In this document: in pieces, positions 63,411 to 64,000 of the stretch
Layout of the letters: each line of letters starts with the position of its first letter
How positions within the stretch are numbered: position 1 is the first letter of the stretch
IMG/VR virus record: IMGVR_UViG_3300046522_000297
Span: 1 to 64,000 of that record
Direction: 5' to 3' (one strand)
DNA length: 64,000 nucleotides
From: a virus
Translations under genes and position numbers: made by a program
Notes under the pieces: generated by a model
What the model saw: only the letters and a program-made list of their open reading frames with translations
Databases searched by the model: none
Told to the model about the DNA's origin: nothing

Positions 63411-64000
63411 ATGTTCAATCTGAATACCACCGGCTTCTCCGCTAAAGTCCTGAACCGCATGTTCCGTCAGGTCGATGGCCTGAAATGGGATCTGCAAACC
63501 GGTTCGCTGGGCGTCGTCGGCAAGGATGGTTCGATTGCCACCCTGATCAAAACCGAAGTTCCGGCCGTCGCAGCCGTCGAAGCAACCGCAGTGACCCCGG
63601 CCGTCGCCGCTCAACCGGCATCGGTCGAGTACAATATCTCGGTCAACCCGTTCGACATGTTCTCGGTCGCAATCCCGGCCTTCGCTACCCAGACCCGTCT
63701 GGAAAACGTCAAGGAAGGCGACCTGGTCGTCGGCGCCGAGAAGATCCTGGGCTTCGTCATCGGCAAGACCGCTGCTTCGCTGAAGCTGCGTGACTTCGAT
63801 GGCTTCACCAAGAACTACACCCCGCCGAAAGTCCAGATCCTGGGCAACGATGGCGTCCTGGTCGTCCAGTCGCTGGGTTCGCTGTTCGGTGGCCAGACCG
63901 GCGTCGGCGGCTTCCAATCGCTGCTGATGCCCCTGCTGCTGGCAAACGGCAACAGCACCGAAGGCCTGGACTCGATCCTGCCGCTGATCCTGTTCAGCCA
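63411..64000 (+). CDS. hypothetical protein, truncated by window edge
   Basis: RBS AGGA; MFNLNTTGFSAKVLNRMFRQVDGLKWDL... open to the end with strong codon bias; absent from the ORF track. Confidence 0.75.
   Translation, partial: MFNLNTTGFSAKVLNRMFRQVDGLKWDLQTGSLGVVGKDGSIATLIKTEVPAVAAVEATAVTPAVAAQPASVEYNISVNPFDMFSVAIPAFATQTRLENVKEGDLVVGAEKILGFVIGKTAASLKLRDFDGFTKNYTPPKVQILGNDGVLVVQSLGSLFGGQTGVGGFQSLLMPLLLANGNSTEGLDSILPLILFS

Noticed and set aside
1-64000. Genome-wide TAG reassignment (code 15)
   Set aside because: All long conserved genes are intact in the standard code and several end in TAG; in-frame TAGs were found only in the two genes beside the suppressor tRNA

Overview
This 64-kb window is a segment of a large (jumbo-type) lytic dsDNA phage genome, probably of a Gram-negative proteobacterial host; no host chromosomal genes are evident. 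The left end holds minus-strand virion/transcription genes: the N-terminus of an RNA polymerase beta-like subunit, a portal-like protein and a structural protein. About 6.7-39 kb is a replication and nucleotide-metabolism module. It encodes SNF2 and DinG helicases, dCMP deaminase, a guanylate-kinase-like enzyme, a Cas4/RecB-like nuclease, primase-helicase, HU, NrdAB and a RuvC-like resolvase. It also contains a palindromic origin candidate, a sigma-70-like factor split by an ORF-less group I intron, and a family A DNA polymerase split into two genes and further interrupted by an HNH-carrying group I intron. About 40-63 kb is a tRNA and translation-rescue island: about 21 tRNAs, several tRNA-like RNAs, RtcB, two Pth2-fold proteins, HD and metallo-phosphoesterases, and a bL12-like domain. 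The most notable items follow. (1) An amber-suppressor tRNA(CUA) is followed by three tRNA-like RNAs and a two-gene operon (Pth2-like plus HD hydrolase); both genes carry an in-frame TAG in the same CG-TAG-ATT-T context. (2) A DIP1984-like coiled-coil gene is followed by a ~370-nt RNA closed by a 28-bp stem and containing 7-nt periodic repeats and a tRNA anticodon-arm mimic. (3) A leader-peptide attenuator sits at the head of the tRNA cluster. (4) A phage promoter TGGTATAA-N5-RTR, usually followed by a hairpin, occurs about 20 times. All functional calls come from motif recognition by eye; no searches were run.
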